From contig CAWAIF010000003.1 in the NCBI GenBank assembly GCA_963782055.1, positions 3,520,001 to 3,584,000 on the forward strand: a stretch of DNA of 64,000 bases. The letters are read 5' to 3'. This stretch comes from an uncultured delta proteobacterium (GTDB lineage: Bacteria; Myxococcota_A; Polyangia; Polyangiales; Polyangiaceae). This document shows positions 31,534 through 40,138 of this stretch, piece after piece (within the stretch, counting starts at the first letter, position 1; each line of letters opens with the position of its first letter). Made by a program: the position numbers and the translations under genes. The notes below the pieces were generated by a model. The model was not told the origin of the DNA, ran no database searches, and was given only the letters and a program-made list of their open reading frames with translations.

Positions 31534-31675
31534 GGTCCGGCCGCAGGCCGGCCGACAGCCCGAAGGGCGGTTCTGGACTGGGGGTGCGGCTGAGCCCGAG
31601 CTCGGCCGCACCCGCCAGGTCCGAACGGGGCTTCTTTGACTTGGCATTTCGCCGCACGTAATCTTTGTTCCCTCG

Positions 31676-32323
31676 ATGTCGGATCCCTTCTTCGCTCGCT
31701 TCGGCCGCGAGTTTCGCGCCGGCGAAGTTCTCTTCCACGAAGGGGAAGCCGGCGAGGAGATGTACGTGATCCAGAGCGGCGCCGTGGAAATCACCAAGAG
31801 AGCCGGTGACGTGGAGCGACGGCTCGCGACGCTCGGGCGCGGTGAGTTCCTCGGCGAGATGGCCATCCTCAACAACAAGCCGCGCACCGCCACCGCCCGC
31901 GTCGTCGAGGACGCCAAGTGCCTCGTCATCGACAAGCGCACCCTCGAGACCATGATCTCCAAGAACCCGGAGATCGCCCTGCGCCTCATCAAGAAGCTCT
32001 CGGCGCGCCTGGACGCCGCCGACGGCCTCGTCCAGATCCTGCTCAACCCCGACCCGCAGGCCCGCGTGCTGCTCGCGCTCAAGCAGCAGGCGGAGGTCCA
32101 CGGCGAGCCCTCGCCGGAGGGGATCCGCATGCGCCTGGCGCCGGACACGCTCGCCATGGACGTCGGCGTCGAGCCGGCGCAGGTCTACGATGTGCTCTGG
32201 CGACTGCACCGGTTGAAGATCATCGCCGACCCGGGCGACGGCACCTTGCTCATCGCCGACCTGGCCCGCCTCCACGAGTTCCTGGAGCTCGTGGAGATGC
32301 CGAGAAAGTTCGAGGGCAGCTGA
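31676..32323 (+). CDS. Crp/Fnr family cyclic-nucleotide-binding regulator
   Basis: LFHEGEAGEEMYVIQSGAVEI...GEFLGEMAIL...PRTATA; C-terminal HTH-like region. Confidence 0.9.
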   Translation: MSDPFFARFGREFRAGEVLFHEGEAGEEMYVIQSGAVEITKRAGDVERRLATLGRGEFLGEMAILNNKPRTATARVVEDAKCLVIDKRTLETMISKNPEIALRLIKKLSARLDAADGLVQILLNPDPQARVLLALKQQAEVHGEPSPEGIRMRLAPDTLAMDVGVEPAQVYDVLWRLHRLKIIADPGDGTLLIADLARLHEFLELVEMPRKFEGS

Positions 32324-33090
32324 TGGACCTGAAGGTCATCGGCTGCCACGGCGGGGAGACGCCGAAGCACCGCACCAGCGCCTTTGTGCTCGACGATCGC
32401 CTCGCCATCGACGCCGGCTCCCTCACGAGCGGCATGGAGCTCAAGGCCCAGTGCGCGCTGGAGGCGTGCCTGGTCAGCCACGCGCACCTGGACCACATCC
32501 GCGACCTGGCGACGATCGCCGACAACCGCGCGCAGAACGGCTGCGCCCCGCTCATCGTGGCGGGCACCCGTCAGACGATCGCCATCCTGAAGAAGCATTT
32601 CTTCAACAACCTGCTCTGGCCGGACTTCACCAAGATCCCCAACGCTCAGCGGCCGACGATCCAGTACCTCCTCCTCAAGCCGGAGGTGGAGACCGTCATC
32701 GCCGGCTACACCGTGCGCTCCATCCTGGTCAGCCACACCATCGAGTGCGGCGGCTTCGTCATCTCCGGCAAGGACGGCTCGCTCGCCTACAGCGGGGATA
32801 CAGGCCCGACCGAGCGGCTGTGGGAGGTGCTCAACGAGACGCCGGACCTGCGCGCGATGCTCATGGAAGTGAGCTTCCCCAACTCCGAGCAGCGCCTCGC
32901 GCGGGTGAGCGGGCACCACACCCCCGCCTCCCTCGCCGACGACCTGGCCAAGTACAAAAACCCAAAAGATCTCCCTACGTTGCTCTACCACATCAAACCT
33001 GTTTTCCAGCGTGTGGTGGAGCGCGAGTGTGGCAAGCTGAAGGGCGTGAACCTGACGCTGCTCGGCCTGGGCGACCACTTCATCCTGTAA
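32323..33090 (+). CDS. Class II 3',5'-cyclic-nucleotide phosphodiesterase (metallo-beta-lactamase fold)
   Basis: KVIGCHGG, IDAGSL, SHAHLDHI, FNNLLWPDF, YSGDTGPT, EVSFPN; start overlaps the Crp stop. Confidence 0.85.
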   Translation: MDLKVIGCHGGETPKHRTSAFVLDDRLAIDAGSLTSGMELKAQCALEACLVSHAHLDHIRDLATIADNRAQNGCAPLIVAGTRQTIAILKKHFFNNLLWPDFTKIPNAQRPTIQYLLLKPEVETVIAGYTVRSILVSHTIECGGFVISGKDGSLAYSGDTGPTERLWEVLNETPDLRAMLMEVSFPNSEQRLARVSGHHTPASLADDLAKYKNPKDLPTLLYHIKPVFQRVVERECGKLKGVNLTLLGLGDHFIL

Positions 33091-33130
33091 GCCGTTTGTG
33101 CTTGCGCGCGCGGCCGGACGGCATCACTAG

Positions 33131-35482
33131 TTGGGGCTTGCCGTGACGCTGACGCACGTGACCGACGACCAGATCCCCGGCCTGGAGGACGACGAGGAGG
33201 GGGCGCGCCTCGTCCGCGAGGAGCTGCGCCTGCTCGCCACCATCCAGCGCGCCCTGGAGGCGGCGCAGAAGGCGTCCAGCACCGCCGGGGAGGGCAGGGC
33301 GCTGGACGACGCGCGCCTGCTCGAGCTGCGCGACGACGTGGCGGTCGCCAAGCCGGAGGACCTGCCCGCGCTCTTCGAGCAGATGCACACCCTCGGCGCG
33401 CTGCGGGCGCAGCGCGGCAAGGGGCAGGCGGGCGCGGTGGACCGGCAGAGCCCGTACTTCGGCCACCTGCGCCTGGTGGAGGACGGCAAGCGGCGCGACG
33501 TGCTCATCGGCTCGCGCAGCTACCTGGACTCCGCCGCCGGGATCCGCATCGTGGACTGGCGCAACGCGCCGGTGAGCAAGATCTACTACCGCTACCAGGA
33601 AGGGGAGGACTACGAGGAGCCCCTCGGCGATCGCATCGTGGAGGGCGTGGTCGCCGCGCGGCGCAGCGTCGCCATCGTCGGCGGGGAGCTGGTCCGCGTC
33701 GCGGGGCCGCAGGGGACCTTCACCCGCAAAGGCGGGCGGTGGCTCCGCGTGGCCACGCAGCACGCGCGCCTGAGCATGGAGAAGCGCGAGCCGAAGGACG
33801 CGCGCCTGGGCATCGGGGCCGACGGGCAGATGCGGCAGGACAAGCACCTGCCGGAGATCGCCGCCATGCTCGACGCGGCGCAGTTCGAGCTCATCGCCCG
33901 CCCCAGCTCCGGGCTGGTGGCCATCCAGGGCAGCGCGGGCAGCGGCAAGACGACGGTCGGGCTGCACCGCGCGGCGTACCTGGCCTTCGCCGACCCGCGG
34001 CGCTTCCGTCCGGACCGCATGCTGATCGTCGTCCCGCACGAGGCGCTGCGCCACTATGTGGGCCGCGTGCTGCCGTCGCTCGGCGTCGAGGGCGTGGCCA
34101 TCACCACCTTCGATCGCTTCGCCCGGAGGGTGATGCCCGGCCTCTTTCCGCGGCTGCCCGGCGCCATCTCCGACGAGACACCGCCGGTCGTTTCCCGCGC
34201 CAAGGCGCACCCGGCGATGCTGCGGGCGATCACCGCGCACCGCGCGCGCGTCGCCGCCTCCCTGGACCAGAAGGTGCGCTCCGCGATGGGCCGCTGGCCG
34301 AACGGCGAGCTGGTGGTGAAGGCGTGGGCTGCCACCGCGGAGCTGGGCGTGCCCGACCTGCGCGTGACTGCGCTGGCGCAGTGGGTGGCGGGCAAGCGCA
34401 AGGTCATCCCGGATCCCCCCTCCGCGCTGCCCGACGTGACGCGCAGCGCGCTGGACAAGCTCGGCCACGACCTGCGCGGCCTCTCCCGCGGGATCGTGGG
34501 CGCGTGGGATGAGCTCACCACCTCCCGCGAGCGCCTGGCGGAGACGTTCGCCGCCATCCCCGGCTTCGGCAAGGGGCAGCTCGATCAGGTGCACGACTGG
34601 TGTGTGCGGCAGGCGCGCGTGCGGGCGGACGGGGAGCGCGACGGCGAGCGCCCCTCGCTGGACCTGGAGGACCACGCCCTGCTGCTGCGCCTCTGGCAGG
34701 CGCTGCGCGGGCCGATCGTCGATCCCGACGGCGCGCCCCTGCGCTTCGCGCACCTGTTCGTGGACGAGGTGCAGGACGTCTCGCCGGTGGCGCTGCGGGT
34801 GCTGCTGGAGCTCGCCGACAAGGACCAGAGCATCACCCTCGCCGGGGACACGGCGCAGCGCATGCTGGACGACGAGGACAGCGGCGGGGAGCTGGACTGG
34901 AACGGCCTGCTGGAGGAGATGGGGCTCCCGCACACCAAGCTGGAGCCCCTGAAGGTGAGCTACCGCTCCACCACCGAGATCACACGCTTCGCGCGGGGCG
35001 TGCTCGGCCCCTACGCGCACGAGGCGGAGCCCATCGCCACGCGGCACGGGCCGCCGGTGGAGCTGTTCGAGTTCGCCTCCCCGGGCGAGGCGGTCGCCTT
35101 CCTCGCGGACGCGCTCAAGCAGCTCGCGCGGGAGGAGCCGCAGGCCAACGTGGCGCTGCTCGCGCGCTTCGGCCCGCAGGCGGACGTGTACTTCGAGGGG
35201 CTCTCGCGCGCGGAGGTGCCCAACGTCCGACGCGTCACCAAGCAGGACTTCACCTGGGAGGCCGGCTTCGACATCACCGACATCCGGCAGACCAAGGGGC
35301 TGGAGTTCGACGAGGTGGTGCTGCTGGAGACCAACGCCTCCTCCTTCCCGGATCGCTCGCAGGCGCGGCACGCGCTGTACGTCGGCGCGACACGCGCGGC
35401 GCACCAGCTCTGGTGCACGACGAGCGAGCGGCCGTCCCCCGTCGTGACGGTGGCGCTGGAGGGTCAGTACTCCGAGACGTAG
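33131..35482 (+). CDS. HelD-like SF1 helicase/ATPase
   Basis: SPYFGHL, DWRNAPVSKIYY, QGSAGSGKTTVGLHRAAYL, VDEVQD, SYRST, KGLEFD, LYVGATRA. Confidence 0.85.
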   Translation: MGLAVTLTHVTDDQIPGLEDDEEGARLVREELRLLATIQRALEAAQKASSTAGEGRALDDARLLELRDDVAVAKPEDLPALFEQMHTLGALRAQRGKGQAGAVDRQSPYFGHLRLVEDGKRRDVLIGSRSYLDSAAGIRIVDWRNAPVSKIYYRYQEGEDYEEPLGDRIVEGVVAARRSVAIVGGELVRVAGPQGTFTRKGGRWLRVATQHARLSMEKREPKDARLGIGADGQMRQDKHLPEIAAMLDAAQFELIARPSSGLVAIQGSAGSGKTTVGLHRAAYLAFADPRRFRPDRMLIVVPHEALRHYVGRVLPSLGVEGVAITTFDRFARRVMPGLFPRLPGAISDETPPVVSRAKAHPAMLRAITAHRARVAASLDQKVRSAMGRWPNGELVVKAWAATAELGVPDLRVTALAQWVAGKRKVIPDPPSALPDVTRSALDKLGHDLRGLSRGIVGAWDELTTSRERLAETFAAIPGFGKGQLDQVHDWCVRQARVRADGERDGERPSLDLEDHALLLRLWQALRGPIVDPDGAPLRFAHLFVDEVQDVSPVALRVLLELADKDQSITLAGDTAQRMLDDEDSGGELDWNGLLEEMGLPHTKLEPLKVSYRSTTEITRFARGVLGPYAHEAEPIATRHGPPVELFEFASPGEAVAFLADALKQLAREEPQANVALLARFGPQADVYFEGLSRAEVPNVRRVTKQDFTWEAGFDITDIRQTKGLEFDEVVLLETNASSFPDRSQARHALYVGATRAAHQLWCTTSERPSPVVTVALEGQYSET

Positions 35483-36084
35483 ACGGCGAGGGTCTTGCCG
35501 CCATCGGCGGAGGCGCCCCAGTCCACGTTGATGGTGACCGTCGCGGGGCCCGCGGCGCAGGTGGCGTCGTAGGCGATCTGCACGCCGCCCACGCCGGGCA
35601 TGCACTCGATGACGAGGCGGTGGGTACCCGGAGGCCCGGCGTCGGCCTCGCCCGCCGAGACGAGCGTGCCGCCGGAGACGCGCGGATCGGCCGGGGCGGC
35701 GGCGGACGCGGATGGGGTCGCCGACGGTGCCGCGGACGGGGACGGAGCGGCCGGCGCCGATGCGGCGCCTGGCGCGGGCGCGGACGCCGACGCCGGCGGC
35801 GCCACCGCCGGCGCGAAGCTGGCCCCCGAAAGGGTGGGGGGCTGGACCGTCACCTCCAGCCGGGTGTGCGCGGCGTCGAGCCACGTCGCCTTCGCCACGA
35901 CGGTGCCGGCGATGCCCGGGCAGCGCGTGGGCGGTGGCATGGGGTCGACCACCGCGTAGCCACCCGTCGTCGAGCTGCAGCGGTTGCAAGCGACCGTGCC
36001 CACGAGCGCGGCGGTGGTCACCAGCCGCTGCATGTGGGCGATGGTCTTTCTCCGCGGGCCGCTGCTCGCCGGCGGGCCCTTCAT
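35464..36084 (-). CDS. Putative lipoprotein with GYAVVDPMP motif (radical-SAM-associated paralog 2)
   Basis: RRKTIAHMQRLVTTAALVGTVAC leader/lipobox; GYAVVDPMPPPTRC; GAGGAG SD. Confidence 0.75.
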   Translation of the reverse strand: MKGPPASSGPRRKTIAHMQRLVTTAALVGTVACNRCSSTTGGYAVVDPMPPPTRCPGIAGTVVAKATWLDAAHTRLEVTVQPPTLSGASFAPAVAPPASASAPAPGAASAPAAPSPSAAPSATPSASAAAPADPRVSGGTLVSAGEADAGPPGTHRLVIECMPGVGGVQIAYDATCAAGPATVTINVDWGASADGGKTLAVYVSEY

Positions 36085-36197
36085 GACTCCTCGCCGGAAC
36101 GGGACGTCGTCGCCGCGAGGGCGCCCACCTCGAGCGCCATCAGCTTGCGCATGTGCCGCAGGGTGGAGCGGCGAGAGCCACTGTCGCGGGGAGACAT
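36081..36197 (-). CDS. 38-aa peptide carrying the shared TLxHMRxL leader motif
   Basis: MSPRDSGSRRSTLRHMRKLMALEVGALAATTSRSGEES; stop overlaps the next ATG (ATGA). Confidence 0.55.
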   Translation of the reverse strand: MSPRDSGSRRSTLRHMRKLMALEVGALAATTSRSGEES

Positions 36198-36208
36198 GCG
36201 CGCTTCAT

Positions 36209-36916
36209 TCAGTAGTCGGAGAGCTGGATGCTCGTCTTGGTGCCAGCAGTGGGGGTGCCTGTCCACTGCACGTTGGCGGTGAGGTGACCGGGGCCGGCGG
36301 AGCACGCCACCCCGGCGGACACGCCGAGCGAGGCGGAGCCGGCGGAGGACGAGGTGGGGCGAAGCCGCAGGATCACGCTGTGCCCGTTGAACTTCGCCCC
36401 GAGCAGGTTGGAGCCCCAGGAGGAGGGCGGCGCGCTCTTGTCGAACTGGGCGCCGTTGGCGCTGCCGAGGGTGATCGTCACCTCCAGATACACGCCGGTC
36501 TTGTCCTTGTGGAAGACGGCGGTGGCCTTCGCCGCGGCGGCGATCCCCGCGCAGCGCGCCGGCGCCGGCATGGGGTCGACCACCGCGTAGCCGGTGGGAG
36601 GCGCTGTGGCCGTCGGCGTGGCGGTCGCGGTGGGCACGGTGTGCTGGTGCGAGGCCATCGGGTTGGTGCCGGGGGTGGTCCCGGCGGCGCCGCCGTCCTC
36701 GGTGGAGGGGGGGATGGTGACGCTCACCGCGTCGGCGTTCTGCCCGGACTCGCGCGAGCACGCGGCCGCGGACACGGCGGCGGCGGTGGCGAGCAGGCGC
36801 CGCATGTGGCCCAGCGTGCGGTCCCGGACCGGCCCGCGCGCGGAGGCCGTGGGGGCGGGGAGCACCTCCGGCATCAACCCCAGCCTTCGCTTCCCGTTGG
36901 CGTTCTTCGTCTGCAT
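36209..36916 (-). CDS. Putative lipoprotein with GYAVVDPMP motif (radical-SAM-associated paralog 1)
   Basis: RDRTLGHMRRLLATAAAVSAAAC leader/lipobox; GYAVVDPMPAPARC; GGGAGA SD. Confidence 0.78.
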   Translation of the reverse strand: MQTKNANGKRRLGLMPEVLPAPTASARGPVRDRTLGHMRRLLATAAAVSAAACSRESGQNADAVSVTIPPSTEDGGAAGTTPGTNPMASHQHTVPTATATPTATAPPTGYAVVDPMPAPARCAGIAAAAKATAVFHKDKTGVYLEVTITLGSANGAQFDKSAPPSSWGSNLLGAKFNGHSVILRLRPTSSSAGSASLGVSAGVACSAGPGHLTANVQWTGTPTAGTKTSIQLSDY

Positions 36917-36936
36917 GTGCGTTCTCCCTGAGCGGG

Positions 36937-38583
36937 TCAGTGCCCCACCGCGATGGCCATGGCGCGCGCGGCCTGCAGCGGCGTGGCGACGCGATCCCCG
37001 ATGTCGGTGAGCGGCTTGCCGCGGCCCAGGCGCGCGTGGATGCGCCGCGCGAGGTCCTGGCAGCGCGCCCGGACGCTCGCCTCGGTGGCGCGCAGGGTGG
37101 GCACCAGCCGCGCGATCAGGGCGCGCTCCTCCTCGTGGGAGCCGTTGCGCTCCACCAGGTCCAGGATGGCCTCCATCGCCACCACGCCGTCGAGCGTCAG
37201 CGTGGCCGTGAGCTCCTTGCCCTCGGCGAGCCACGCCGGGTCGAAGACGTCGGAGTGGAAGTGCCGGGCGACCTCCACGTCGAAGCGCGTGCCCATGATG
37301 CGGTTGGAGAGCGCCTCCGGGCCGAAGTTGCGATCCATGAAGCACTCCATCGCCAGGCTGAAGACGCGCTCCACCTCCGGGCTGCCCAGGTCGTAGTCCC
37401 ACTGCAGGTAGTCGCCGCGCACGCGGTTCTCTGCCTGCATCCGCGCGAGGATCGGGGTGCCGGCGTACAGCTCGACGCGGCCGAAGTTGGACGGATACTC
37501 CGGCGCGTAGCGCAAGAACTCCATGTTCGTCCGGAGGCTCTCCAGCGTCGTGTCCGGGTCGAAGATGAGCATGTTGTAACAGGTGTACAGGTCCAGGCTG
37601 CGCACCAGGTCGATGGCGTCGTGGTTCTGCCGCGACTTCGCCCAGCGCCGCAGCGTGCGCAGGCCCTGGTCGGCGTCCGTCTCGATGCCGATGTAGCAGC
37701 GGATGCAGTGCAGCCGCTCGCACAGGATGCGGAAGACCTCCGGATCGCAGTCGGTGGGCCGCGCCTTGACGACGGTGGCGAAGCGGCCGATGCCGCGCGC
37801 CTCGAGGGCGTCGGCCAGCGCGGTGAAGCGCTCGCGGTTGTGGCGGTGGCCGGGCACGAAGAAGTTGTCGTCGTGGAAGACGAAGATGTCGACGCCGCGC
37901 TCCCGCTGCATCGCGACCATCTCGTCGGCCACCGCGTCGACCTCGCGCACGCGGTAGCGCTTGCCGGGGAGGCTCTGCTCGTGCCACGCGGCGATGCAGC
38001 AGAAGGAGCAGTTGGCGTAGCAGCCGCGGCTGGAGACCAGCGGGGCGATGCCGTGGCCGAAGCACGACGCGGGCTCACCACGGCGGTCGGGCCAGGGCAA
38101 CTTCGATAAGTCGGGCAGGGGCGGATGCTCGGTGATGACGATGCTGCCGTCGTCCGCGCGCAGGGCGAGGCCTGGCAGCTCGCGGTACGACGCGCCCGTC
38201 TCCAGGGCGCGGCAGAGCGCCAGCATCGTCTCCTCCGCTTCCTGCCGCACGACCGTGTCGATCTCCGGGAAGTCGGCCAGGATCTCGGCGGCGGCGAAGG
38301 TGCCGAAGTGGCCGCCCACGGTGATGTGCCCGCGGTAGCCGCCCTCGCGCAGGGCGACGGCGAAGGCCAGGAAGTCCCGGGCGCGCCACTGGAACGCCAG
38401 CGACAGGCCCACCACGAGGGGCGGCTCCGGCGCCTGAAGAATGGCCCGGAGGGCGGGCAGAAAGTCCGCCTCCATGTTGAACGGGACAATCTGCGTCTCG
38501 TAGCCCGCAGGGGCGATCGACGAGGCGATGTACCGCAGGCTCAGGTTCTCCTCGATCTCCGGTCCGACGAGCGCCACCCACAT
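36937..38583 (-). CDS. Cobalamin (B12)-binding-domain radical SAM protein
   Basis: N-terminal B12-binding domain (NLSLRYIAS...ITVGGHFGT...QEAEET); SSRGCYANCSFC (CxxxCxxC); FHDDNF; YIGIET; YAGTP; AAGGAG SD. Confidence 0.92.
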   Translation of the reverse strand: MWVALVGPEIEENLSLRYIASSIAPAGYETQIVPFNMEADFLPALRAILQAPEPPLVVGLSLAFQWRARDFLAFAVALREGGYRGHITVGGHFGTFAAAEILADFPEIDTVVRQEAEETMLALCRALETGASYRELPGLALRADDGSIVITEHPPLPDLSKLPWPDRRGEPASCFGHGIAPLVSSRGCYANCSFCCIAAWHEQSLPGKRYRVREVDAVADEMVAMQRERGVDIFVFHDDNFFVPGHRHNRERFTALADALEARGIGRFATVVKARPTDCDPEVFRILCERLHCIRCYIGIETDADQGLRTLRRWAKSRQNHDAIDLVRSLDLYTCYNMLIFDPDTTLESLRTNMEFLRYAPEYPSNFGRVELYAGTPILARMQAENRVRGDYLQWDYDLGSPEVERVFSLAMECFMDRNFGPEALSNRIMGTRFDVEVARHFHSDVFDPAWLAEGKELTATLTLDGVVAMEAILDLVERNGSHEEERALIARLVPTLRATEASVRARCQDLARRIHARLGRGKPLTDIGDRVATPLQAARAMAIAVGH

Positions 38584-38739
38584 GCTTGCACGGCTCCTTC
38601 GACCCGCATGCGGCGCGGGTCTCCAGGAGGGTACGCGGCACGGCGCGAGGGGCTCTCCTGAAAACGCCATCTGGGCGCGAAATGTGGGCGCACATGTGGG
38701 ACGGCGCTGGCGGCGGCCTTTCCCCCGGCCGAAACAAAA

Positions 38740-38767
38740 AGTTTACATAATGTATCTTATGCGAATT
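38740..38767 (-). other. dif: dif-like XerC/XerD recombination site
   Basis: Minus strand AATTCGCATAA-GATACA-TTATGTAAACT: 11-6-11 layout with ATAA/TTAT inner arms, intergenic and AT-rich in GC-rich DNA. Confidence 0.85.
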
Positions 38768-38845
38768 TCGTAGGAGGGCGAGGGAGGGGGGCCTGCGGTC
38801 GTTCGAGCGGCCCCCGCCGCGAGCGCGCGCCTGCCCAGCCGGCTT

Positions 38846-40138
38846 TTACGGCGTGTCCCGGCGGCCCAGCGGCGGATCGATCCCGAAGCCCAGGAAGGTG
38901 CCGCCGCTGGAGAGCGCGTAGAGCCGGTTGCCGTACGCCGCGGGGCTCGCCGAGAACGCGCTGCCCGTGAGGAAGCCGGACTCCATGTTGATGCCGTCAA
39001 TCGGGCGGCCGTCCAGCGGCGAGACGATGAACAGGCCATAGCGCGAGGTGCCGATGGCGAGCGTTCCGGCGACCGGCACCGGCGCGGTGACGCCGCCCTC
39101 CGGGACCGGCAGCCGCCAGAGCGGCGTGCCGCTGGCGGGGTCCATGGCCCAGAGGCCTGTCGACGCGCTGGCGGCGAAGAGCATGCGGCGCGCGGGCACC
39201 GTGGGGCCACCCTTGCTCGCACCCTTGGGGTGCGGCTTGTGCGCCGGCTCCTCCCAGTACAGCACGTCGTGGACGCCGCGCGCGTGGGTGTTCGCCCAGA
39301 CCCGCGCGCCCGACTCGGCGTCGAGCGCGTAGACGCCGCCGGCGTAGCTCGCCACGAACGCCACCCGGCCCACGCCCGGCAGGTCCGCCACGGCGGGTGT
39401 CGTGTCGACGTCCAGGTAGCGCTGGCTCTCCGCCGGACCGAGCGACTGCTCCGCCTCGGCCGCCAGGTCGACGCTCCACTGCTCGGCGCCGTTGCGCACG
39501 TCGTAGGCGCCGACGTGGCCGTCGGAGAACGCCAGCAGCACGTGGCCGTGGTCCAGCGTGGGCCCGGAGGCGCCGCCGATCTCGATCCCCAGCGCCGGCG
39601 TGCGGTGCACCTGCCAGAGCTGGTGTCCGGTGCGGCGGTTGACGGCGAAGAGCTGATCGGAGACGTTGGCGAAGAGCAAGGTCTCGCCGAAAAGCACTGG
39701 TTTTCTGCTGACTTCGCTCCCAGTATCAAAGCGCCAGATGAGGCCCCCGTCGGAGGCCCGGACCGCGTAGAGGGCGCCGTCGCCGGAGCCGAAGTAGACG
39801 ACGTCCAGGGCGCGATCGTAGAGCGGCTCGCTCTGCACCACCCCCGCCGTCTCGAAGCGCCAGATGGTGCTGCCATCGAAGGCGCGCAGGGCGTAGAGGC
39901 CGTGATCGGAGGTGCCCACGAAGATGCGCTTGCTGGCGGGGTCGATCTCCGGCTTGCCGCGCTCGAAGTCCTCCCCCACCTTCCGCCCCTCGATCGTCAG
40001 GGTGCGCCGGAAGACGAGGTGCAGATCGCCGCTCGGCCGGTGGAACCAGTCGGGGGTCTCCGGATTGATGCGATCGCCCTGGGCCGTCGCGCACGCCGAG
40101 GTCGCCGCGACGAGGAGGCACGCGACCTGGCGCTTCAC
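38846..40138 (-). CDS. PQQ-type beta-propeller lipoprotein, BamB-like
   Basis: Repeated LYAxxxxxGxxxW blades; lipobox TSAC; follows a yfgM-like gene. Confidence 0.8.
   Translation of the reverse strand: MKRQVACLLVAATSACATAQGDRINPETPDWFHRPSGDLHLVFRRTLTIEGRKVGEDFERGKPEIDPASKRIFVGTSDHGLYALRAFDGSTIWRFETAGVVQSEPLYDRALDVVYFGSGDGALYAVRASDGGLIWRFDTGSEVSRKPVLFGETLLFANVSDQLFAVNRRTGHQLWQVHRTPALGIEIGGASGPTLDHGHVLLAFSDGHVGAYDVRNGAEQWSVDLAAEAEQSLGPAESQRYLDVDTTPAVADLPGVGRVAFVASYAGGVYALDAESGARVWANTHARGVHDVLYWEEPAHKPHPKGASKGGPTVPARRMLFAASASTGLWAMDPASGTPLWRLPVPEGGVTAPVPVAGTLAIGTSRYGLFIVSPLDGRPIDGINMESGFLTGSAFSASPAAYGNRLYALSSGGTFLGFGIDPPLGRRDTP

Noticed and set aside
31534..31640. Terminator after groEL
   Set aside because: GC-rich inverted repeats are present but I could not define a clean stem plus U-tract.
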